Shown here: positions 35,389-43,039 of the stretch, piece by piece
How positions within the stretch are numbered: the first letter of the stretch is position 1
How the letters are laid out: every line of letters starts with the position of its first letter
Assembly (NCBI GenBank): GCA_964436815.1
Contig: CAYTER010000006.1
Location: 2,591-66,590 of the forward strand
Direction: 5' to 3'
DNA from: an uncultured Syntrophomonadaceae bacterium
GTDB taxonomy: Bacteria > Bacillota > Dethiobacteria > DTU022
Length of the DNA: 64,000 nt
Made by a program: the position numbers and the translations under genes
Notes under the pieces: model-generated
Database searches by the model: none
What the model saw: only the letters and a program-made list of their open reading frames with translations
What the model was told of the DNA's origin: nothing

Positions 35389-35661
35389 ATGTCTGCTGAA
35401 TCTATTAAACAAAATAATCCAGAACTAGAATACTGCTACTGCCACGAATGTCACAAACTGCGGGAAGCGGTCGATTTGGTTCTGACCGAAAAGGGTCTGC
35501 AATGCCGCTACTGCGGAGGTTATAATTTTGACCAGGCCGGCTGGGTCGTTTGCCCTCACCATAAAATATCTGCTGTCAAGTGTCCACGTTCCGGCAAGGG
35601 AATTATTGCAAGTGAAAACGGTCTGGAATGCACTGACCGCTGCTTTTTCCGTTCGATCTGA
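35389..35661 (+). CDS. Small Cys-rich (9 Cys in 90 aa) zinc-ribbon-like protein, uncharacterised
   Basis: Good RBS (TGGAGG 6 nt upstream). CxCxxC...CxxC knuckles plus four further Cys. Sits between yqeB and yqeC. Confidence 0.6.
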   Translation: MSAESIKQNNPELEYCYCHECHKLREAVDLVLTEKGLQCRYCGGYNFDQAGWVVCPHHKISAVKCPRSGKGIIASENGLECTDRCFFRSI

Positions 35662-35679
35662 AACACGGGGAATTAAGAT

Positions 35680-37068
35680 GTGGATCAGCTTACACTTAAC
35701 CATGCACTGCAACTGAGGAGACCTGCTGTTGTCTCCTTCTTTGGCGCGGGTGGAAAAACTTCCCTGATGCTGAAACTGGCAGGAGAGCTTGCCGATAATA
35801 AACTAAAAACTGTTATTACGACAACAACCAAAATCTATCCTCCCGCTAATCTGCCGCTTATTTTGGCCTCAGATACAATCCCGGCGCTGAAAGAAATCAA
35901 TCAATGTCTAAAAAAGTCTGACATTGTTGTACTCGGCAGCAGCATTTCTGCAGACGAAAAACTTAAAGGCATCGAGCCGGAGATGGTTTCGGAAATCCAA
36001 AATTCTCTTGAAAGCTTTGTTTTAGTAGAAGCTGACGGGGCGAATCGCAAGCCGCTAAAGGGCTTCAACCGCTATGAACCAGTTCTGCCAAAAGATTCCA
36101 ACCATGTCCTTGCTGTAGTTGGAGCCGATGCCCTGGGAAAGATGATCAACGAAACTATTGTACACAGATTGAACATGTTTTCTGTCGCCACAGGTTTAAA
36201 TAAAGGCGAATCAATAACCGTATCTACCCTGGAACGGATATACCGTTATATGCTGGAAGCTGGTGAACCCCAGGCACCGGAGGCCATATTTACAGCTGTC
36301 CTGAATAAGGTGGATCTGCTAAGTAAACCGGAAGAAGTTGCCCTTAATTTATCAGCGGCGATGGCTAAATGCGGATCTGCCTATCGCAATTTACTCTTAA
36401 CTACAACGGCCGAAGCAGATCCGGTTAAATTTCTGATTAGCACTGACTCAAAGCCAGTCAGGGTAAAAGTAGCCGCGATAATCCTCGCGGCCGGGCGATC
36501 TGAAAGGATGGGCGAGGATAAGCTTAATTTAAAACTAGGTGGCATCACTGTCTTTGAACATACGCTGAAAGCGGTTCTAAAAGCCGGAGCCGATCAGATT
36601 ATCATTGTCGTGCGGCCTGATAGCACTTTAAGCGGACTGGCTGAAAAAGAGCAGTGCAGGATTGTGGTTAATCCTGCCCCTGAAACAGGTCTTTCTTCCT
36701 CACTGAAAGTAGGTTTAAGTGCTGTAGATGATACTTGCCAGGGGGTGCTTTTCGCTCTCGGGGATCAACCATTGACCCCGGTTACGGTTTACCGGGCTTT
36801 AATCAAAAGTTACCGGAATACTCTTAAAAAAATCACCTGTCCGCTGTTTGAAGGCAGAAGAGGCAATCCAACCATATTTGACCGACGAACATGGCCGGAA
36901 CTACTGTTGCTCGAAGGTGACCAGGGCGGAAGATCGCTTATCGATCAATCTGCTGAAGATCAGATCGAATACCTGGCAGTCGACGATCCTGCCGTTGTTG
37001 CCGACCTCGATACTCCAGAAGACTATATTCGTTTTCAGCGTGCTTTCAAAATGATGGAGCATTCTTAA
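35680..37068 (+). CDS. yqeC: Fusion of a YqeC-family selenium-dependent hydroxylase accessory protein (N-terminal) with a MocA/MobA-like molybdenum-cofactor nucleotidyltransferase (C-terminal)
   Basis: 462 aa, GTG start 8 nt after GGGGA. The N-terminus has VSFFGAGGKTSLMLKLA (P-loop, YqeC-like). The C-terminus, from about residue 265, has AAIILAAGRSERMGEDKL...LGDQP (NTP_transf_3/MobA-like). Confidence 0.75.
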   Translation: MDQLTLNHALQLRRPAVVSFFGAGGKTSLMLKLAGELADNKLKTVITTTTKIYPPANLPLILASDTIPALKEINQCLKKSDIVVLGSSISADEKLKGIEPEMVSEIQNSLESFVLVEADGANRKPLKGFNRYEPVLPKDSNHVLAVVGADALGKMINETIVHRLNMFSVATGLNKGESITVSTLERIYRYMLEAGEPQAPEAIFTAVLNKVDLLSKPEEVALNLSAAMAKCGSAYRNLLLTTTAEADPVKFLISTDSKPVRVKVAAIILAAGRSERMGEDKLNLKLGGITVFEHTLKAVLKAGADQIIIVVRPDSTLSGLAEKEQCRIVVNPAPETGLSSSLKVGLSAVDDTCQGVLFALGDQPLTPVTVYRALIKSYRNTLKKITCPLFEGRRGNPTIFDRRTWPELLLLEGDQGGRSLIDQSAEDQIEYLAVDDPAVVADLDTPEDYIRFQRAFKMMEHS

Positions 37069-37079
37069 CTGCACTTAAA

Positions 37080-37958
37080 CTAAATGGATAAAACATGATT
37101 GGCTATCAATTCAACTACCTGGGGAATAAGTGGATCGGGCAGATCGTGACCAAGACCGTCAATCAATTCAAAACGGCTGTTTGGCACATATTTGACGATA
37201 TCCCTGCCGGCAGCGTAGGGAATAAGGGGATCAATTGAGCCATTGATAACCAAAGTGGGAGCATTGATTTTTTTCAACAGGTTTGTGCGGCTGCCATCAC
37301 TGAGAATTGCGGCCAGCTGATGCAAAGTCCCCTGTGGATAAAGAGATCGGGAAACATTTGCTTTTACTCTTTCCAGCAGGGCCTGTTCATCCATTGAAGG
37401 GCTGCCAATCAGCTTAAAAAGTTCAACGTAGTAATCCACCCAGCTTTCCTGGTTCCTGTTTTTTGGTTTTTGTAATATTTTCCTCAGAACTGCAGGGCGA
37501 GGCCCCGGCATTCGGGGATTGCCGGAAGAAGATATTATACAAGTTAGCGAGTTTACCCGTTCCGGGTATTTGGCAGCAACTACCTGGGCAATCATACCGC
37601 CCATCGATATTCCGGCCAGGTGAACCCGGTCTAACCCCAGGATATCCAGCAAACCTACTGTGTCTGCAGCCATATCGCTTAAGCTGTAAGGGGCTGTGGT
37701 CCGGATTCCCAGGCGTGACATCAGGGCCAGCAGAAAGATATTCGGTTCTTGCTCAACCTTTATTTTTGTTGATAGGCCGATGTCACGGTTGTCAAAACGA
37801 ATGACGAAAAGACCAAGATCTTCAAGCATCCGGTAAAACAGATCCGGCCAGGCGGTCAGTTGATTGCCAAGCCCCATGATTAAAATTATTGCCGGATTAC
37901 TGCTGTCACCGGAGGTTTCATATTCAATCGTAATTCCATTTACCTGCACTGAAGGCAT
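37080..37958 (-). CDS. Alpha/beta-fold hydrolase
   Basis: 292 aa. HLAGISMGGMIAQ nucleophile elbow and a C-terminal GHD. Confidence 0.85.
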   Translation of the reverse strand: MPSVQVNGITIEYETSGDSSNPAIILIMGLGNQLTAWPDLFYRMLEDLGLFVIRFDNRDIGLSTKIKVEQEPNIFLLALMSRLGIRTTAPYSLSDMAADTVGLLDILGLDRVHLAGISMGGMIAQVVAAKYPERVNSLTCIISSSGNPRMPGPRPAVLRKILQKPKNRNQESWVDYYVELFKLIGSPSMDEQALLERVKANVSRSLYPQGTLHQLAAILSDGSRTNLLKKINAPTLVINGSIDPLIPYAAGRDIVKYVPNSRFELIDGLGHDLPDPLIPQVVELIANHVLSI

Positions 37959-38062
37959 CTCGAATTAACTCCTTTATGCCGCTTCTTCTTATTATATCAC
38001 CGCTAACAAGCGTGAATACTTCTGTATGAGCATGTTTCTATTGATGGCGAGTACTGAATATG

Positions 38063-38091
38063 TTACAAAATATAGCTTTTTGTGTTATTAT
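38063..38091 (+). promoter_or_regulatory. Sigma-A promoter candidate (extended -10)
   Basis: TTACAA, a 17-nt spacer ending TGT, TATTAT (38086-38091). Confidence 0.45.
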
Positions 38092-38133
38092 GGTTTCATG
38101 ATTTTGCTCTAAAACGCGGAAGGAGGTTAATAA

Positions 38134-38562
38134 ATGACAGAGGAAAAAGAATTTAGAAATTGTCCTCATTGCGGCCAGGAAATATATGCCAAAGCCATCA
38201 AATGTAAACATTGCAAGCAATTCGTAAATGGCGATCCTGGTTTGATTCGGGAACAGGAACCAGTTGTCTTTGAAAATGAAAAAGGGTTTTTGGGATCGTT
38301 GTTTGACTTAAGCATGACGGAAATGATAACTCCTAAGATTATCCGTTTTATCTTTATAATTGGTCTGCTTGGTTTAATTGCCGGCACTGTTTTCAGCCTG
38401 GTTACCGTAATTATGACTGGGGAAATACTGATGATCATTCTGACGCTGATCGGCTTGGTGATCGGTATTTTTGTGGCAGCTATTTTATTGCGTATATACC
38501 TGGAGCTGGTGATTGTCCTCTTCCGGATTTATGATGAACTGAGATATCTGAATCGCAATTAA
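38134..38562 (+). CDS. Zinc-ribbon + DUF4282-like membrane protein
   Basis: 142 aa. CPHCGQ...CKHC, then GFLGSLFDLSMTEMITPKIIRFIFIIGL and two TM helices. Confidence 0.7.
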   Translation: MTEEKEFRNCPHCGQEIYAKAIKCKHCKQFVNGDPGLIREQEPVVFENEKGFLGSLFDLSMTEMITPKIIRFIFIIGLLGLIAGTVFSLVTVIMTGEILMIILTLIGLVIGIFVAAILLRIYLELVIVLFRIYDELRYLNRN

Positions 38563-38580
38563 AAAAGTAATTATTATTAT

Positions 38581-38615
38581 AAAAGAAGCGTCAGTCAAGT
38601 GCTGACGCTTCTTTT
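38581..38615. terminator. Bidirectional rho-independent terminator, serving the + strand gene and the minus-strand tRNA operon
   Basis: AAAA-GAAGCGTCAG-TCAAGTG-CTGACGCTTC-TTTT. Confidence 0.65.
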
Positions 38616-38620
38616 ATTTC

Positions 38621-38696
38621 TGGTGAGCCATCCAGGGCTCGAACCTGGGACACCCTGATTAAAAGTCAGGTGCTCTACCAACTGAGCTAATGGCCC
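38621..38696 (-). tRNA. tRNA-Lys (anticodon UUU)
   Basis: The reverse complement is GGGCCATTAGCTCAGTTGGTAGAGCACCTGACTTTTAATCAGGGTGTCCCAGGTTCGAGCCCTGGATGGCTCACCA. Confidence 0.9.
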
Positions 38697-38701
38697 TTAA
38701 A

Positions 38702-38787
38702 TGGTGGAGAGGACTGGATTCGAACCAGTGAAGGCGCTGCCAGCAGATTTACAGTCTGCCCCCTTTGGCCAGCTTGGGTACCTCTCC
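38702..38787 (-). tRNA. tRNA-Tyr (anticodon GUA), long variable arm
   Basis: The reverse complement is GGAGAGGTACCCAAGCTGGCCAAAGGGGGCAGACTGTAAATCTGC...GGTTCGAATCCAGTCCTCTCCACCA. Confidence 0.9.
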
Positions 38788-38798
38788 ACGTCTGTCGG

Positions 38799-38873
38799 TG
38801 GAGCCGACGAAGGGAATCGAACCCCCAACCTGCTGATTACAAATCAGCTGCTCTACCGTTGAGCTACGTCGGC
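38799..38873 (-). tRNA. tRNA-Thr (anticodon UGU)
   Basis: The reverse complement is GCCGACGTAGCTCAACGGTAGAGCAGCTGATTTGTAATCAGCAGGTTGGGGGTTCGATTCCCTTCGTCGGCTCCA. Confidence 0.9.
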
Positions 38874-38902
38874 CAAACGTATACCGCTTCTGAAGCATTA
38901 AC

Positions 38903-38931
38903 AGTATAGCTTATTTTATAAGTGGCGTCAA
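38903..38931 (-). promoter_or_regulatory. Sigma-A promoter for the tRNA Thr-Tyr-Lys operon
   Basis: On the minus strand: TTGACG (38931..38926), a 17-nt spacer, TATACT (38908..38903). Confidence 0.5.
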
Positions 38932-39014
38932 CACTGATAGAGCAGGATTTTTTTATCATTCTAGCGAAGTCATGAATGTTATAGATAACAAATAATATCC
39001 AAAGGAGCTTTAAG

Positions 39015-39809
39015 ATGGATGAAATTAAAGTAGCGATCATTGGTGGGACAGGAGTCTATGATCAGTCTCTGCTGGAAAACGAGACAGAGATTAAAGTTGA
39101 TACAAGGTTTGGATCGGTTTTAATGAACCAGGGAAGCTACAAGGGGAGAAAGGTATACTTTTTAGCCAGGCATGGGGGAGGCCATTCAGTTCCGCCGCAC
39201 CTGGTCAATTACAGGGCTAATATTGCGGCATTAAAAAAACTTGATGTTAACGCAGTAATCGCCACGGCAGCAGTAGGCACCATGCGTAAATCAATGCCTC
39301 CCGGCAGCAGGGTGTTAATCGATCAGTTTATCGATTTTACTAAAAACCGCACTCCCACTTTTTATGAAGGAAAGGAAGGTTTTGTGGTTCATACAGATTT
39401 TACTGAACCCTATTGCTTCGAAATCAGGGATGCCGTGATCCGGGCTGCGGACAAGCTGGGCCAGGAGCTGATTGACGGCGGCTGTTACATATGCGCCGAA
39501 GGACCGCGATTTGAAACACCGGCCGAAATAAAAATGATGGAGAAATGGGGTGGTGATCTGGTTGGGATGACCAATGTGCCTGAAGTTGTCCTGGCCAGGG
39601 AGGCCGGCTTGTGTTACGCGACAATCGCTTTACCGACCAATTATGCAGCCGGTATCTCTGCCACTCCTTTAACCCATGAAGAGGTGCTGGAAGAGATGGA
39701 AAAGGGAAAACCGCACCTTGATCTCCTGCTGGCTTCCAGCATCATGGAGATCAAGCCTGAACATCAGTGCAGTTGCAGCGCCGCTGGTGTAAACTGGCCG
39801 GGGGCTTGA
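39015..39809 (+). CDS. mtnP: S-methyl-5'-thioadenosine (or methylthioinosine) phosphorylase, PNP/MTAP family
   Basis: 264 aa. IIGGTGVYD, FLARHG..H..PPH, and VGMTNVPE. Confidence 0.85.
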   Translation: MDEIKVAIIGGTGVYDQSLLENETEIKVDTRFGSVLMNQGSYKGRKVYFLARHGGGHSVPPHLVNYRANIAALKKLDVNAVIATAAVGTMRKSMPPGSRVLIDQFIDFTKNRTPTFYEGKEGFVVHTDFTEPYCFEIRDAVIRAADKLGQELIDGGCYICAEGPRFETPAEIKMMEKWGGDLVGMTNVPEVVLAREAGLCYATIALPTNYAAGISATPLTHEEVLEEMEKGKPHLDLLLASSIMEIKPEHQCSCSAAGVNWPGA

Positions 39810-40889
39810 TTGCTGACGATGATCAGGGAAAAAGATCTGCCCACCTTATACTGGAAAAACGATCAGCTCTATTTGATCGATCAGCGTTTTCTGCCAACGC
39901 GGATTGTTTACAGGATTTGTAGAAGTTGTGAAGATGTCGTAAATTCGATCAGAGAGATGACGGTTCGCGGCGCCCCGGCAATTGGAATCAGCGCTGCTTT
40001 TGGAATGGTAATCGAAGCTAAAAGTGCTCGTTTAGCAGGCGCTGATCAAGAAGAACTACAGAAAAGAATAAAAGAGGCAGGCATTAAACTAATCAACGCC
40101 CGTCCGACAGCAGTTAACCTGTCATGGGCTGTGGAACGAATGATCAAACAGCTCGAAAGCAATCAACATTTAGGACCGGATGAACTGCTGGATGTTCTGG
40201 AACAGGAAGCGCTCTCCATTTATAAAGAGGATATTGAGAATAACCGCCTGATTGGCCGGTATGGCGCTAAGTTGGTTCCGAACCGGGCGAACATCTTAAC
40301 TCACTGTAATGCCGGGGCTTTAGCAACGGGAGGTTATGGTACTGCTCTTGGTATAATCAGGGCTGCACAAGAACTCGGCAAAGGAATCCATGTTTATATA
40401 GATGAAACGAGGCCCCTGCTCCAGGGCGCCAGGTTAACGGCATTTGAGTTATATCATGAAGGAATACCGGCAACGCTGATTACTGATAATTGTGCTGGTT
40501 ACCTCATGTCCAGGGGTAGCATTGATTTAATCATCACCGGGGCGGACCGAATAGCGTCAAACGGTGACACAGCTAATAAAATAGGAACATACAGCCTGGC
40601 GGTACTGGCAGACTATCATCAAATTCCTTTCTATATCGCAGCTCCGCTTTCAACCATAGACCAATCGATTAGCAATGGCAATGAGATCATCATCGAAGAG
40701 CGATGCTGCAAAGAAATAACCCATTTCGAGTCACAACCTGTTGTTGCCGAAGGGGTTGAGGCGTTTAACCCTGCCTTTGACATTACGCCGGCAGAACTGA
40801 TCACTGCGATCATTACCGAAAAAGGAGTGATTAGGAAGCCAACAGTTGAAAAAATAATGGAGTTGTTTAACATCAAGGAGGTTTCATAG
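39810..40889 (+). CDS. mtnA: S-methyl-5-thioribose-1-phosphate isomerase
   Basis: 359 aa. The start is either TTG 39810 or ATG 39819. TVRGAPAIG, THCNAGALAT, and GADRIASNGDTANKIGTY. Confidence 0.9.
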   Translation: MLTMIREKDLPTLYWKNDQLYLIDQRFLPTRIVYRICRSCEDVVNSIREMTVRGAPAIGISAAFGMVIEAKSARLAGADQEELQKRIKEAGIKLINARPTAVNLSWAVERMIKQLESNQHLGPDELLDVLEQEALSIYKEDIENNRLIGRYGAKLVPNRANILTHCNAGALATGGYGTALGIIRAAQELGKGIHVYIDETRPLLQGARLTAFELYHEGIPATLITDNCAGYLMSRGSIDLIITGADRIASNGDTANKIGTYSLAVLADYHQIPFYIAAPLSTIDQSISNGNEIIIEERCCKEITHFESQPVVAEGVEAFNPAFDITPAELITAIITEKGVIRKPTVEKIMELFNIKEVS

Positions 40890-42212
40890 TTGGCAAAAAC
40901 TCTCATCAAAGATACCCTGATTGTTACCGTAGATCAGCACAGACCTGATTATTTTTATGGTGACATCCTGATCAATGCTGATAGAATTGAAAAAATTACT
41001 GAATATCCTGAAAAGATCGATTCTGCGAACGCTGAAACAATTATTGACGGCAGTAGAATGCTGGTGATGCCGGGATTAATTAATACTCATGGTCACGCTG
41101 CGATGACCCTTTTCCGCAGTTACGCCGATGATTTACCCTTAAAGGAATGGCTGGAAGAAAAAATCTGGCCGATAGAAGAACATCTGACCGCAGATGATGT
41201 CTACTGGGGAGCGCTGCTGGCCATTTGTGAAATGATTCGTGGCGGTACGACTACTTTCAAAGATATGTATTTCTTTATGGAAAAAGTGGCAGAAGCAGTG
41301 GCAGAGAGTGGCATCAGGGCTTATTTATCAAGGGGGATGATCGGTTTTGGCGAATCAGCTGAACGGGGGCTGATTGAAGCAGAAGATTTTATCCGCTCCT
41401 GGCATGGGAAAGAAGAAGGCCGCATCAATGTCACTTTAGGACCACATGCGCCGTACACCTGCCCCCCTGAGTATTTAAAAAAAGTAATGAACCTGGCTGA
41501 CAAAACAGGCCGGCCGCTGCAAATACATCTTTCTGAAACAAAATTCGAAGTGGAAGAAAGTATTCGCCAATTTGGTAAAAGCCCGATTGAACTTGTCCAC
41601 CAGTTAGGCTTGTTCGATTTTAAAGTTACTGCCGCTCACTGTGTTCATGTCAGCGATCACGATCTTGATCTGCTGGCAGAAAATAATGTTGGCGTAGCCA
41701 ACAATCCTGGCAGTAACTTGAAATTAGGCAGTGGAATAGCGCCTGTTGTAAAAATGTTAAAAAGGGGTATAAATGTCGGTATTGGCACAGACGGCGCCTC
41801 AAGCAACAACAACCTTGATATGTTTGAAGAAATGAGGCTGACCTCGCTTTTAGCGAAAGGCTTAGCTCTTGATCCGACATTAATTGAAGCTAAAACCGCT
41901 CTGCGTATGGCTACGGTGACTGGTGCGAAAGCTTTGTTTATGGAAAATACGGGCCAATTAACCGAAAACTGGAAAGCCGATTTGATTGGTCTGCGTCTTG
42001 ATCGTCCGCACTTTGTTCCGATGCATGATCCGCTGGCTCAATTGGTATATGCAGCTTCTTCTGCAGATGTTGATCTGGTGCTGGTCAACGGTAGAATCCT
42101 ACTTGAAAAAGGAGAGCTTAAAACGTTGGACGAAGAAAAAATCAAAGCGGAAGCAACGCGCTGTGCGTCAAGACTGGTAGATCTTGCAGCCGAAAAAGAA
42201 GGCCCACGATGA
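40890..42212 (+). CDS. mtaD: 5-methylthioadenosine/S-adenosylhomocysteine deaminase (amidohydrolase, TRZ/ATZ family)
   Basis: 440 aa. TTG start 8 nt after AAGGAGG. NTHGHAAMTLFRSYADDLPLKEWL, HLSET, and GTDGASSNN. Confidence 0.8.
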   Translation: MAKTLIKDTLIVTVDQHRPDYFYGDILINADRIEKITEYPEKIDSANAETIIDGSRMLVMPGLINTHGHAAMTLFRSYADDLPLKEWLEEKIWPIEEHLTADDVYWGALLAICEMIRGGTTTFKDMYFFMEKVAEAVAESGIRAYLSRGMIGFGESAERGLIEAEDFIRSWHGKEEGRINVTLGPHAPYTCPPEYLKKVMNLADKTGRPLQIHLSETKFEVEESIRQFGKSPIELVHQLGLFDFKVTAAHCVHVSDHDLDLLAENNVGVANNPGSNLKLGSGIAPVVKMLKRGINVGIGTDGASSNNNLDMFEEMRLTSLLAKGLALDPTLIEAKTALRMATVTGAKALFMENTGQLTENWKADLIGLRLDRPHFVPMHDPLAQLVYAASSADVDLVLVNGRILLEKGELKTLDEEKIKAEATRCASRLVDLAAEKEGPR

Positions 42213-43006
42213 GCCGCTATCACATTCTGGTTACCAATGATGATGGTATACATGCGGAAGGAATCCAGTATTTATGCCAGGTTTTACACCGGGAAAAATG
42301 TATCCACAGCCTTTCGATCGTTGCGCCGGATCGCGAGCGCAGCGCTGTCGGCCATGCGATCACCATGCATCAACCGCTAAGAGTTGAAAAAATAAAGTTT
42401 CTCCACAACCGGGAACTGAACGGCTGGGCAGTAAACGGCACACCTTCGGATTGTGTCAAGCTGGCGGTTGAGGCAATACTGGAAGCAAAACCTGACCTGG
42501 TAATTTCCGGGATTAACCGGGGCAGCAACTTAGGTACCGATGTGCTTTATTCAGGAACTGTCTCGGCGGCTGTTGAAGGCCTGATTATGGGTATTCCTGC
42601 TATTGCCGTATCTCTTACTGATCGGGGAGAAGAAAAAGATTATCTCTATGCAGCAAAATTTATTTGCGCTCTTTACCCGGCTCTTCTGGAAAGTGGAATT
42701 TCCCCGGCAACCCTCTTTAACATTAATGTTCCTGTAAATACCGATCAGATAAAAGGGTTTCGTGTAACCAGTCTCGGAAAAAGAAGATACAGAAATACTT
42801 TTGATCAGAGAATAGATCCACGTGGTTCAATCTATTACTGGCTGGCTGGCGAACTGGTCGAAGATGATCCCGAAAGTGAAGACAGTGACACAAAAGCTAT
42901 TCGGGATCAGTTTATTTCTATTACACCGGTGCATTTTAACCTGACCGACCGGGAGGCAATGAGAGTTTTAAATCAAAAATTGAATAAGATACCGCTTTTA
43001 AAATAA
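42209..43006 (+). CDS. surE: 5'/3'-nucleotidase SurE
   Basis: 265 aa. ILVTNDDGIHAEGI, and GINRGSNLGTDVLYSGTV. 4-nt overlap with mtaD. Confidence 0.9.
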   Translation: MSRYHILVTNDDGIHAEGIQYLCQVLHREKCIHSLSIVAPDRERSAVGHAITMHQPLRVEKIKFLHNRELNGWAVNGTPSDCVKLAVEAILEAKPDLVISGINRGSNLGTDVLYSGTVSAAVEGLIMGIPAIAVSLTDRGEEKDYLYAAKFICALYPALLESGISPATLFNINVPVNTDQIKGFRVTSLGKRRYRNTFDQRIDPRGSIYYWLAGELVEDDPESEDSDTKAIRDQFISITPVHFNLTDREAMRVLNQKLNKIPLLK

Positions 43007-43039
43007 TCAGTATTATATTTTAAACTGAGGTCATTGATT

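Noticed and set aside
30752-37068. Selenocysteine (in-frame TGA) recoding within the selenium-associated hydroxylase locus.
   Set aside because: All ORFs in the locus are continuous, with normal stops and tight spacing. There are no adjacent same-frame ORF pairs split by TGA, which fits the labile-selenium (non-Sec) type of enzyme.
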